Under the pieces are notes generated by a model, which ran no database searches, was not told the DNA's origin, and saw nothing but the letters and a program-made list of their open reading frames with translations. A stretch of 64,000 nt of DNA from Vicugna vicugna (lineage: Eukaryota): assembly GCA_013265495.1 (NCBI GenBank), contig MU061578.1, positions 3,233,308 through 3,297,307 on the forward strand, in the 5' to 3' direction. Position 1 is the first letter of the stretch. The number at the start of each line of letters is the position of its first letter. Made by a program: the position numbers and the translations under genes. Below, in pieces: positions 39,066 through 50,299 of this stretch.

Positions 39066-39160
39066 GGGGGAGGGTATAGCTCAGTGGTAGAGTGCATGCT
39101 TAGCATGCACCAGGTCCTGGGTTCAATCCCTAGTACCTCCATTAAAAAAAAAAAATTAAG
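39066..39160 (+). mobile_element. tRNA-Ala-derived SINE (short form)
   Basis: Nearly intact tRNA-Ala(AGC)-like head followed directly by an A tail. Confidence 0.88.
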
Positions 39161-41069
39161 AAAGAAGGGAGCTGACCTTAGTTCTGGTGGGGGGCAGCCC
39201 ACAAACTTGGGTGCAGGACAGCTCTGAAAGGTGATGGGCCTCGGGAAGTGGTGGAGCTGAGGTGGGCATGGAGGCCTCCCTGGGAGTGTCCGGGAAGGGG
39301 TGCCTAAAGGGGTGCGCCCAGCATGTTTGGAAACCACAGGGAGGCTGGTTTGGCTGGGTTGAGCAGCTTGGGTGCTGCGGGCAGACCTGGCCTCTCAGCC
39401 CAGCAGGGCCATCTCCCGGGATGGGTATGAGGCTGGGCCTGCAGGTGACTTCAGCTTGTGTGGCCTCTGGGAATGCACTGCCAGGGTGGCTCAGGGCTTC
39501 TAGCTCAGTGCTTCTGGCTTAGCTTTTCTTTTTTTTTTTTCTGTAATTTGTAAAAATTTTTTGGTAGTTTGACTTCATCATTTAACTTGTGTTAGCAATG
39601 GAGAGTGACAATAAAATCTGAAGGAAAATCAGAGATGATTCGGAAGTTGTTATTTCATAGCATTTGGAAGCGTGGCAGCACGACCGCCCGGACTGCATTT
39701 GGGCTGCAGTTCACTTCAGGTCCTCCCACCCGTGTGCCGTTGTAGCTGCCGACAGCTTGTCTCATCTGCTGGACTTTCATTCTGCATCCGGAGCGGCAGA
39801 GCAGGTGACATGGTACATTGACCCAGTTTTGCAGGAGAACGCAAGGAGATTTTTACTGTCGTAGCCATAGGCCTTATTTCAGGAATAGAACGAGCTAGAG
39901 AGGGAATTGTGACAAATAGGCCATTGCTCTGGCTCGGTCCCCCATCCCCTAGCCTCTGGAAGACTTAGATAAACATACACTAAAAATTTATATTTAGTTG
40001 AAATTGTTTTAGTTCTTATAGAGAAAACTGAGAGAAGACTCGTATTTAGTTCCCATCAAGAGTATAGAATTGCCAGCTACCTTTACATCTCCTCTCTACT
40101 GAGTGGGGCGGGACTCCTAGATTGATCGCTCACTGCAGGAATCTGAGCCCCCGTCCCCCATGGCAGAAAAGATCGGCTGTGCTTTAGAGTTTTGAGTTCT
40201 GTGTTTCAGTTTTGGAAAGTGCAAGCAAGACTGTTACTGTTTGGGAATGGAAAGTGGGCAAAGACAGCCTAGCCTCTTAAAAGGGTGCATGCGGTCTCCA
40301 GGTGCGCTGGGGGAACTGGGCCTTCTCCATTCTCCTGCTCCAGAAACCAAACACTTCTGTCCACAGCAACCCTCTCCCCGCCAAGAGAAGCACACACAGT
40401 TCTGCTGTAGTTCACTTAACACCCCAGACCTGGGGCCTCCAGGGCTGTGGGCTGGCATGGCAGGCAATGAGCACAGGGTCTGGGTCCAGCCTGCGTGCTC
40501 TGAGGCACCTTCACTCCCACCCTAGTCTGAGCCACACTCTAGGGAAAACAGTACAAAACAAGAGCGTTAAAAGTGCTTGTGATTCTGAAGATGGAAGCTA
40601 CATCAGGGCTTTTGCAGTGTTGAATTGACAATGGCATTTCATCGTTACTGAATGCACTTGAATCCGAGTGATTGTCGAAGGGAAGCGTTATTATTCTGTT
40701 TAAATTGAGAGAGCTATTCAGAAGCAACCTGTCGGTGGTGGGGAGGATCCAGTGGTGGGGAGGAGCTGTCAGCATCTCCACCTCTCTTCTGTCCCCGCCC
40801 CCGCCAGGGCTGTCTCAGTAACTCCAGGCACTGACCCTCCGAGCCTGGCTGGACACACGGTCAGGAGGACCACATTCTCCCAGGGGGTCCAGGTGCCAGA
40901 GCAGAGCGTCCTCTGGCTGAAGAAGCCAGTGCTGACCTTCCAGAGCCCTTTACCCCGGAGTGTCTGGGTGGCTTGCTGGCGCACTTGGCCCTTTAAGTAA
41001 GTGACTGATGCTGTGTCAGAATATGTGAAATATATTCAATAAGTAACTGGTATTTTAAATGAGCAATTA

Positions 41070-41812
41070 CTACCATGATCTGATTTTTGCTGACAACTCT
41101 GACACCCGGTGTGTGGGTTTTCCTCACCGAGCAGCAATCCAGTGCTCTGGACCTGGCCTGGGTGTCTGCTATGTGATTCCTTCTGATACCAGCCACTCCA
41201 AGTTAAGCACAGGCCCCACTCCAGGGCCCTCACCTGCCTGAATTGACTCCACAACGAGGGTTCCCACTACTCCTTCCTCGGGTTTGATAATTTGCTGGAA
41301 TGGCTCACAGACCCCAGGGAAGCATTTTACTTATGTTACCAGTTTATTACAACGGGTGCTATGAAGGTTACAAATGAACAGCCAAGAAGAGGTCTGTGGG
41401 ATGAGGTCTGGAAGAGTCTGGCGTGGAGGGGCTTCTGTCCCCATGGCAGGGGGATGTGCCACCCTCCTGGCATCTGGAGGTGTTCCCAACCTGGGAGCCC
41501 TCTGAACCCCTTCATTCCAGGGCCTTATGGAAGCTCCATTAAACAGGCACGACTGATTAAATTAGTTCAGTCTCCTGTCTCTCCCCCTTTCTGGAGGTCG
41601 GAAGGCGTGGGGCTGAAAGTTCCTCTGGCAACCAGCCCCATCCTCCAAGAGTCACCTTATCGGTATAAACCCATGAGGTTGAATCAGGCTTGTTATGAAT
41701 GACAGATGCTCCTCTCGCCTCATCACTCAGGAAATCCCCAGGGTTTTAGGCGCTCTGTGCCAGGAACCAGGACGAAGAGCAAATAAATGTTTGTTGTGAT
41801 GGCACAGTAGTG
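41070..41812 (+). mobile_element. MER21-like ERVL solo LTR
   Basis: ctctgacacccggtgtgtgggttt…ggtttgataatttgctggaatggctcacag…gctctgtgccaggaaccaggacgaagagcaaata. Confidence 0.8.
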
Positions 41813-42399
41813 AGACATCGTTGGGACACAGAAGTGTCTTGCGTGCTCTTTGGAAGGTGCTGTGTCCACACTGCTGGGAAGCCAGGAAGCCAGGGGCTTT
41901 CCAGCGGGAGGCCGGCCGTGTCTGAGAAGTGATGCTGATGTCAGCATTGTCCCTCACGAAACTATGCCTTTTGCTCGGGATTTTCATTATCAAGTTAAGT
42001 ATTTGTTGTAGAAGGTAAACTTGAGTGAAAAAGAAGAAAAGAAAAGCTGCCGCGAGTCCAGCACCCTGGACAGATGTTGTTCCTTGTCCTACATCATGCC
42101 TACACCTCTCCAGACGTGAAGTCTGGCACCTGCTGCTTTCTCGAGCCGTAGTGGTATGGCGTCCTTCTCTGTCCCAACACTGCCAGCTCTTTGACAAACA
42201 AACATCTTATCATTCAACCTTGACACTCCCTCCCAGAGCTGGCACAAAGCCTTTTCCTCTGGGGGCCACACTACTTCATTCCCCAGGCCTCTCCCGGCCA
42301 GTCCAGCCCCGTTCATGCCCACCACTCATGCACCTACCCCCTGCCCCCCCAGGGATGGTCTGGGCCTTCTGCTGAACCTGGTCTTCTCTCTCCCAGCAG

Positions 42400-42491
42400 A
42401 TCCTGATGGCCAGCTCTGCAGCGTCACCTCAGCCCCCGACGAGGAGCCACCCGCCTGCCCCGAGGAGTTCGACGACTTTGTTACCTTTGAG
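42400..42491 (+). CDS. RAB11FIP3: RAB11FIP3 exon 3 (92 nt, or 95 nt from the upstream NAG; DPDGQLCSVTSAPDEEPPACPEEFDDFVTFE)
   Basis: ctctcccagcag|ATCCT … TTTGAG|gcaagt (GC donor); phase 1 to 0. Confidence 0.93.
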
Positions 42492-43014
42492 GCAAGTGGT
42501 TTTCCCAGGAGAGCTGAGAGGGGATTTGATGCTACCCCCCATATTCATGCACCCTAAATCCCGCCTCACTCTGTGGTCCCCAGGGCTGTTCCTGTAGGAA
42601 GTGGCAGGCAGGGCCCACTGTGTGTGTTTGCTGTGATCGGCAGGTGTCTGCAGAGGGCCAGGCTCTCCTGTGACATTGTTGTCACCTTCTACCAGGTTGC
42701 CAAGCAAGGCCAGAGCATGGGTTGTGTCGTGATATTTTTGTTTTATCAAGAACCCATTTTCTAGTCTAGGGACATTTGACTAACACCTTGCCGGCCTCTG
42801 TCCTCTTCCTCGGGAAGAAGCCAGGGTGGTTAGAGTTACATGGTATGGCCTGCAGTTGTGGGTGATTTGCCCTCTGCCACGGCAGGGAGAGGATCTGCAT
42901 GCACAGCCACAGAAGACAGGTCACTGTAACTTCATCCCGCAATATGGGATTGAGGGCAGACACTGGAGAGCCCATGCGCTGGTTCTGGAATTTTTCTTTT
43001 TGAAAATACACTTG

Positions 43015-43152
43015 TTGCGGGAAGGGTATAGCTCAGTGGTAGAGTGCATGCTTAGCATGCATGAGGTCCTGGGTTCAATCCACAGTACCTCCATTAAATA
43101 AATAAATAAACACATACATACATAATCCACCCCCTGCAAAAAAAATTTTAAA
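43015..43152 (+). mobile_element. tRNA-Ala-derived SINE
   Basis: 12-bp TSD aaaatacacttg (43003-43014 / 43153-43164). Confidence 0.92.
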
Positions 43153-44056
43153 AAAATACACTTGGGGCAGCCTCCAGCCCCCTAAGCCCTGTGTTGCCCA
43201 TTGGAGGCCGTGGGGAGCAGGGTTGGGCTGTGACTCAGTGGGCCTGAGGCCCTGCCTTTAGTCCCCTGAGCTTGGGCTCCTTTGTAGAATGAGGAATGGC
43301 ATAGAGCAGCTTCTGAAAGTCCCCCTGAATGCTGGCATCCACAGGACTCCACTGCTCTCCTCAGTGCCTTATGTCCCTGCTCCAAGAAACTGCCCCAGGT
43401 GTCGGTCACCCCTCAGATAATGCAAGTTCACTTCCGGATTGTCTGTCACTTCTGCCAGTCCAGGCCTCCAGACCACCTCACAGCTTTGTACCAGAATACC
43501 AACTGGGCCTGAGTCCCTCCAGGGCAGGGACCACCCCACCTTGTGTCCCCATATTTAGCAACAGTTGGTGTGTTCATTCTGTGTGTCCTCGGGGTTCCCC
43601 GGGGTGCCAGGCCTGGTGTGTGGAGGCCAGGTGCCCGACTGGGACATGTGCTGGCTGAGGTTTGGTGTGGCCGGACAGGGGCCAAGGGTGTGCAGGATCC
43701 TGACTTGTCAGCTTTCAAACCGACCACCAGACCCTGTGACCGTGGAGACGGCAAGGCGTGGAAGGCTCTCTGGGGATCGACACACCTTGAACTTCCCAGT
43801 AATGCAGCTGGGTCGGGGGAGAGGCTGCTTGTCTTATTTGGAACATCTGGGGAACCTGGATCCCAGCAGCCGTGCAGGGTCTCCTCACTCACGTAGCCGG
43901 CCAGCAGCTAACCTCTCATCACACATCTCCCACGGGGTCAGGCCTCGCCATTGACACACTAGTGCACACATTTTGTCATCAGTGCCTTCTGTTTTATTCT
44001 CTCATATTTCTGGTAGGGCATTATATTGATTTTTTTGTATTTTATGTGTAGGTGGA

Positions 44057-44456
44057 TGTCATGGGTTAGATGGTAGCCCCTAAGAGGTACATTCACCAGA
44101 ACCTGTGATCTTGAGCTTATTTAGATTTGCAGATCTAATTAAGTTAAAGATCTCAAAATGAGATCGTGCTGTATAGAGAGGCCCCTGAATCCAGTGACGG
44201 TTGTCCTTGGAAGAGAAAGGGAGATGACCCACCAGGGAGAAGGCTGGAGTGACGCAGCCACAAGGCCAGGATCTTCCGGGGCCACCAAGACCCAGACAAG
44301 GCAGGAGGGATCCTCCCTGGAGCCTCAGGAGAAACTCAACCCTGTTGACACCTTGATGTCCAACCCCTGGCCTCCAGCTCTGAGAGAATGCATTCCTGTT
44401 GCTTTAAGCCACCCAATGTATGGTGATTTGATAATGGAAGCCCCAGGAAACTAATA
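44057..44456 (+). mobile_element. MLT1 (MaLR) solo LTR, MLT1B/C-like
   Basis: tgtcatgggttagatggtagcccc…tttgcagatctaattaagttaaagatctc…ggaagccccaggaaactaata. Confidence 0.85.
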
Positions 44457-44809
44457 GAGTTTTGTTGTTCAGGGTGGTAAAAGGCATCAGTGCATTTTGT
44501 ACTTCAAGTGCTTGTTTAACCTGAAAGGATGAGACCCACTGACGCTGGGGCTGCCTCCTGAAGCCAGGGGAAGAAGGCATGGGGTGCTGTCTGACTCTCA
44601 GCCCCTCTTGTCCTCCACACACTGGTGTGGCCTTCCCACCTGTGCAGCACCTTGGCTCTGGGTGCCCACCCACCTGCCGCACCCATTGCCTCCAGAAATT
44701 GTGGGTGGGAGCCTGACATTTCAAAGAGTATGCAAAAGGAATGTGTCTCAGGTTTTCAGATCTTCATTTTTTTTCAACAAGGAGGAAATATTTCTTTTTA
44801 ATTTTTTTG

Positions 44810-45312
44810 TTGTTTTCTAAAAAATTAATACACTTTATATTTTAGCAGTTTTAGGTTTACAGAAAATGGAGCAGACAGTACAGTGAGTTCCCATTACGTC
44901 CCACACACATACAGTTTTCCCACCAGGAGCATCTTACATTTGCTCTAATGGATGAACCAATGTGGATACATTGTCACTCACTAAAGCCCGTAGTTCACAT
45001 TGGGGTGGATACATTGTCACTCACTAAAGCCCATAGTTCACATTGGGGTTCGCTCTTGGTGCTGTAGTTCTGTGGGTTTTGATGAATGTGTAGTGATGTG
45101 TATCCACCACTGTAGCATCACACTGAGTAGCTTCGCTGCCCTAAACGTCTTCTGTGTGCCGTTCCTCCCCACTGGCACCTGGCAACCTCTGATCTTTTAC
45201 TGTCTTCGTAGTTTTGTTTTTCCAGAATCTCTGTCTTCGTAGTTCTGTTTTTCCAGAATGTCGTAGAGTTGGTTGGAATCATACAGTGTGGGGCCTTTAA
45301 AGTTCCTCCATG
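44810..45312 (-). mobile_element. L1MB/L1MC-like 3' end with two internal tandem duplications
   Basis: gcagttttaggtttacagaaaatggagcagacagtacagtgagttccc…cattgtcactcactaaagccc…ggaatcatacagt. Confidence 0.75.
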
Positions 45313-45315
45313 TTT

Positions 45316-45337
45316 TGTGTGTGTGTGTGTGTGTGTG
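45316..45337. repeat. (TG)11 microsatellite
   Basis: Direct read. Confidence 0.95.
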
Positions 45338-45339
45338 CT

Positions 45340-45487
45340 TTTTAAGGCTTTTGGATGTAATTTTGAGGGAAGTGAAACTAGGTAATGTATAGAAACTTAC
45401 TGCTTTTTAATAGAGGAACTGGGGATTGAATACAAGACCACGCGCATGCTAAGCACACGTTCTACTGCTGAGCTGTACCCCTCCCCC
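45340..45487 (-). mobile_element. tRNA-Ala-derived SINE (diverged copy)
   Basis: ggaactggggattgaatacaagacc…gctgagctgtacccctcccc. Confidence 0.8.
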
Positions 45488-45871
45488 AAAAGATAACTGT
45501 TTTTAAAAAACTTGCAAGTTGTGTGATCTTAATGTGCAATTAAAAATACGAATGGAGAATACGTGTATTACATCCAATACCACATTTGGGGACCCTCTGC
45601 TGGCGATCTTCAGAGATGAATAGGCCTTTTATTGACATTCTGGGGCACACGGTGGTGCTGGTCAAGGGTGTCCTGTGCAGTAACTACAAATGGGCTGCTG
45701 CTCCTGGGTCCTTTTCCTGCTGGGGACACTTCAGCATTTCCCCAAGCATCCTTTGGCTCCTAGCTTGTAACAGAACTCCCAGGAGAAAGTTACTGATTTG
45801 TCGTTTCTGAGAAGGGGAAGAGGTGAGGGGTGACTTCAGCTTTGTCACTGACATTCATTCGAATAGGAAGA

Positions 45872-46030
45872 NNNNNNNNNNNNNNNNNNNNNNNNNNNNN
45901 NNNNNNNNNNNNNNNNNNNNNNNNNNNNNNNNNNNNNNNNNNNNNNNNNNNNNNNNNNNNNNNNNNNNNNNNNNNNNNNNNNNNNNNNNNNNNNNNNNNN
46001 NNNNNNNNNNNNNNNNNNNNNNNNNNNNNN
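45872..46030. other. Assembly gap at the 5' end of an L1 fragment
   Basis: Direct read. Confidence 1.
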
Positions 46031-46406
46031 GTGAAATAGGCCAGACAGAGAAGACAGATATCATATGGTATCATTTATATGTGGAATCTAAAAAGTGATA
46101 CAAATGAACAAAACAGACACAGACTCACAGACACAGAAAGCTATGGTTACCAAAGGGAAAGGGATGGGGGGGAGGGATAAATTAGGAGTTTGGGATTACC
46201 ATATACACATTACTATATACAAAATAGAAACAATGAGGACCTACTGTATAGCACAGGCATGTATATTCAGTATCTTGTGATAAACCATAATGGAAAAGAA
46301 TATGAAAAAGAATGTGTATATGTACATGTATAACTGAATCACTTTGCTTTTCCCCTAAAACTAACACAACATTGTAAATCAACTATAGTTCAACTGAAAA
46401 AAAAAA
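46031..46406 (+). mobile_element. LINE-1 3'UTR (artiodactyl-type); 5' part lies in the gap
   Basis: gtgaaataggccagacagagaagacag…ggagggataaattaggagtttggga…caactatagttcaactgaaaaaaaaaaa. Confidence 0.9.
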
Positions 46407-49400
46407 ATGTCCAGGTCTGAGAATCTGGGTGAGGAGAAGGTTGGAGAGCGGAAGGCCCTGCCGCCCACAGGGAATAACTCATGCGTTAGGGTTTCTGGAA
46501 AGTGGTGGGAAAGTCGCAGAGAGCAGGCACAAACGAGTGATAAGAACTGTCCCTGCTGTGCCTTCTCTGTCCCTCCCTCCTTCTCCCACTCCCGGCCTTA
46601 GGGAAATATGTCTTCTGTGCAGACTGTTATCAGAAAGGTTGGAAAATGAAGAACAAAAGCCACTCTGTTTTTAAATCTGACTAAACTGTTTGTTAAAAAC
46701 GCAGCCAGCACTCTCTGAACTTTGCCCACCTCGTGGGCCAGCTCGGCAGGTTTCCTGGAGCAAGTCTGGGAGCGGGTTAGGCTTCTTCCAAAGCAGTGAT
46801 GCACCTTCAGGTGAGCACACGGGTTTTGCAGAATCTCAGCAAGACTGGCAAATAGGAGGCTGCCGGAAGCTGACGGCTAGTCTGGACAGAGACCCCCGAC
46901 ATCTGATTCAATGGGGAGGCTATCTCCCTGAGCACGCCCTTCCTGGAGTGGGTGTATGGAGCCAGGCCCAGCCTGGACTGGCGTCTGAGGGTAAGAGGAG
47001 GCTGTGCCTGGCCACTGGTTTTCCTTGGAGGGACCACGAATGGATGGGGGGGCCCGGGCAGGCTTGGCCACACCTGTGTTCCTAGCCAATGACCATGAGC
47101 ACAGGCTTCCTTGTCTACCTGGTGGTCCTGGTCCCATTGGCACGTTTGTGAACTGGTGAGGGATACTCAACCAAGCTTTGTAAGGTGCACTTTGACTCCC
47201 ACATTAATTCATCCAAACATTTTGAATTTGGTGGCGTAGACGGTTGGCTGGGCGGAGCAAGGTCCTCTCTGGCGGCACGTGAACCTCTAGGATGTCTCGG
47301 CCATTCTGTGCTCAACCAGGGGACCATACTCTCGGATGGTCTTCTGCCCCCAGAAAACTGCCTGGCTTACTGACATTCAGGGCAGCCTGGACCAGTAGGA
47401 GCTGAACTCCAGGTCGTGAGCAGGTGGGCAGCATCCATGAGACGACCCAGCCCTGTCCTCCCGGCCCCCTCAGCCTTCCCAGGCTGGGTCCTTACAGAGC
47501 CTGTCAGTGTCCAGTGTGTCCTCAGGGATAGACTTGCTCTGGGAGTGATGATGGAAGGTGGGAGTGTTTGTCTTCCTCTGTCTGCTCAGCAGGTAGTGGC
47601 CCAGAAGGAATGTGTGAGCGCTCTGATGCGCGGTCGGGTTTGTGCAGCATTCACCTCCTTGTTCCCATGTCAGTGGAGAGTTACCTCCATCCTGAACCGT
47701 CCTGTCCAACGTCCAGGGAGGGTTTAGGCTGCAGCCTGGCACTGAGCTGGTCTCACACACTAAGCTGAGCTGCCTGCGGGGCCACAGGGGCCACAGGGGC
47801 CAGAATCGTTGTGCGTCTGTCAAAAGTGCTAGCTGGTGGCTTTTTAAATGCTGACCTCAGAGTCAAGTGCGGCTCCCTACAGGAAACCATCTCAGAGGGT
47901 CCCAGTCAAAGCCTGGGGTATGTGGGCCCTGCCCGCATCCGGGTGGAGGAGGAGCTGTGGACACTGAGCAGCGCTCTTCTAAGAGGTTTTGGCTGAAAGC
48001 CCGAGAGCTGGCTTGGGTCTGTATGGTTGTTGCTGGCAGTCTGGGGATTCTGCCCCTTCCCTCCTGCAGGTTGAACCCAGAGCCACCTGCTCAGGGCTGA
48101 TGAGAACTAGAGTGAGTGCCCTTTGAAGGGATTTCCTGGTTACAGGTTTTGAAGTGAACGGTCTTTGTGGATTACTTAGTAGCTTTAGATTCCCAGGTAC
48201 ATTAGTTTTCCCTTGGAAGTAGAAGTGCCATCACCTGCAGCAGGCACCTCTCCCACCAGTCCCTGTTTTATTCCAGCCTGATGAGCGGCTGCAGGGAGTC
48301 CACCTCCAGTGACACATGAACCCCACAGCCTTCCCATCTCTGTTCCTGCACCTGTCCGTGTGATCCCCAAATCCCGAGTGGTTGTCACCTTGTGAGGTCA
48401 GCACTACAGCCTCCATTTTACAAATGAGCCAACATGGCTCAGAGTGCTTGAGACCTTGAGGCCCCCAGTCTGGGATCACACAGCTGGAGGACCACAGACC
48501 AGGGATGGACCTTGGACCTCTCACCACCACACCAGGCTCCCCTGGCCTGGCCCTCTGGGTCTCCTTGTCTGGGCGAGGGTGCAGTCGTGCAGGGTCAGCC
48601 AAGGACCTCTATGTGGCTGCGGCACATTCGACCATGCTGCCCACATCCCGTGATGAACTGAGGACAAAGTGCACCGTTCTTGCTGCTTTTCTGAAATCTT
48701 ACTTGTTTGCAAATTGTTAACCTCGGAATCTTTTGAGCGTGAAATGTTGGCTACATTTCCGAACCAGAGCAATTGCATTTTAATTAAAGCAGAGATTATT
48801 AAATTGAAAATGGCCTGCTCAATGGTTCTTTGGTTTCAAGTTCATCTGTACAATCCACAGATATCTACTGTTGACTGTTTGCTGGGCCCTGTGGTTGATG
48901 CTGAGTCCGTAAGAGTGAAAACAGAGATGTGTTTAGTGGGAAAGTAGACATTTAACCAGCAAACACAATTGATTGGTGAAATAATTGGTTAATTAGTGCT
49001 TTGGTCTAATTAGGTTAGATCATGCAATTGAATTTCAGAGCAGTAGCCTGAACACACTTAACAGATGTTGAGACGACTTTTAAATTTTAAAAGGCATATT
49101 CTTACACTGCTGAGTGTTAATTCTTTGTGATGGAAGCCACAAAATGGGTGGTTGTACTGGGGTTTATTGTGTGATATTGATACTTTGTGTCTGTTTTAGG
49201 TATGTTTATATAACTAGCTTCAAAAATCACTCCAATAGTTTTTTCTGCTCTTGGACACATGCCTATTTTTCGTTTTTTAAAAAACAGAACTGTTTTGTAA
49301 GCTAATGTTTCTGCTTAGAAATACAGGAGGGCCGTCTCCCCCATGAAGGCCCTTTGTGCACACGGTGTTTCAGTGCCTCCGCTGTGTGGGCGTCACTTGT

Positions 49401-49451
49401 GGCTGTAGCCATGCCAGGGCACCAGGACTCACTCTCGGCGCTCTCTCCTAG

Positions 49452-49609
49452 GCCAACGAGGTGACAGACAGCGCATACATGGGCTCCGAGAGCACCTACA
49501 GCGAGTGTGAGACCTTCACGGACGAGGACACGGGCACCCTGGTGCCCCCTGAGTGCCTGGATGCCACGGAGGAGCCCAGCCACGGCGCCCTGCTGCTGCT
49601 CCCAGGCAG
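49452..49609 (+). CDS. RAB11FIP3: RAB11FIP3 exon 4 (158 nt; ANEVTDSAYMGSESTYSECETFTDEDTGTLVPPECLDATEEPSHGALLLLPGR)
   Basis: ctctctcctag|GCCAAC … GGCAG|gtcggt; phase 0 to 2; overlaps ORF 49461..49718. Confidence 0.96.
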
Positions 49610-50299
49610 GTCGGTACCGCCTGCACGGCCTGGGTTTTGTGCCAAGGGCGCCGTGAGGCCACATCTGGTGGGCAGATTGGATTCACAGAGGCAGGGACGT
49701 CACATCGGGGTGGTTTAGAAGGAGAGTGTGACCTTGCAGTAGGGCCTGCGCCCAGCTGTCCTATGCTGTCTTCCGTCAGGCGGTGCTCCTCCCTCAGAGT
49801 CAGGAATTGTAGGACAAGACGTTAACTCAGTCTTTGGGACTTTGTCATCACAGTTCTTAGGAGGCAGGGCAAGACACCCCATTCAGTGGATGTCTGCCAT
49901 AGGCTCTAAGAACCGTGCATCCATACGGCACTGCAACTCCATGCATTTGAGGATGGCGTTGGGGAGGACGAGGTTAGAGGGGTGCCAGGCGGCCCATATG
50001 CCAAGTGATGGCTGAGGTTCTGCCTTGGATGCCTTGGGAATCCTCAAAAGTGGTGTGGTTTGGTTTGGTTTTGCTTATTTTTCGTTTTATTTCTCGTTTG
50101 GCCGTCATGGAGCCTGTGTTTTTCCTCTTTAATTGGAGTACCGCCTACTGACGTCCCAGTGCACAAACACACCCGGGCCAGGTGCCCCTGCTCCCTTCTA
50201 GGAGCCCTGGCTCCGCACTGCACAGCAGCCCCGCCCTGTGAAGGTCACACCAGCGTGTGTCCTCTTCACACCTGGCTGCTTCTGCTCAGCGTGTGGCCG

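Noticed and set aside
40985-41002. Strong-looking donor TAA|GTAAGT in intron 2
   Set aside because: No convincing partner acceptor or promoter evidence; isolated donors are common.
39066-43092. tRNA-Ala(AGC) genes at 39066 and 43015
   Set aside because: They carry the SINE-specific GGGGAGGGTA 5' end that bulges the acceptor stem, plus A tails, a TSD (43015 copy) and eight sibling copies. They are SINEs, not tRNA genes.
26334-43139. Recurring 'MEVLxIEPRT…MHSTTELY' peptides in the ORF track
   Set aside because: Antisense translations of the tRNA-derived SINE, not a protein family.
45490-45870. Alternative first exon of the short FIP3 isoform (recalled N-terminus MPFLK) in intron 3
   Set aside because: No ATG-CCN-TTY-YTN-AAR-GT was found. 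The only resemblance (ttg tcg ttt ctg aga at about 45798) lacks an ATG and the correct phase, and my recall of the isoform is unverified.
9710-46098. Long ORFs containing X runs
   Set aside because: Artefacts of translating through N gaps.
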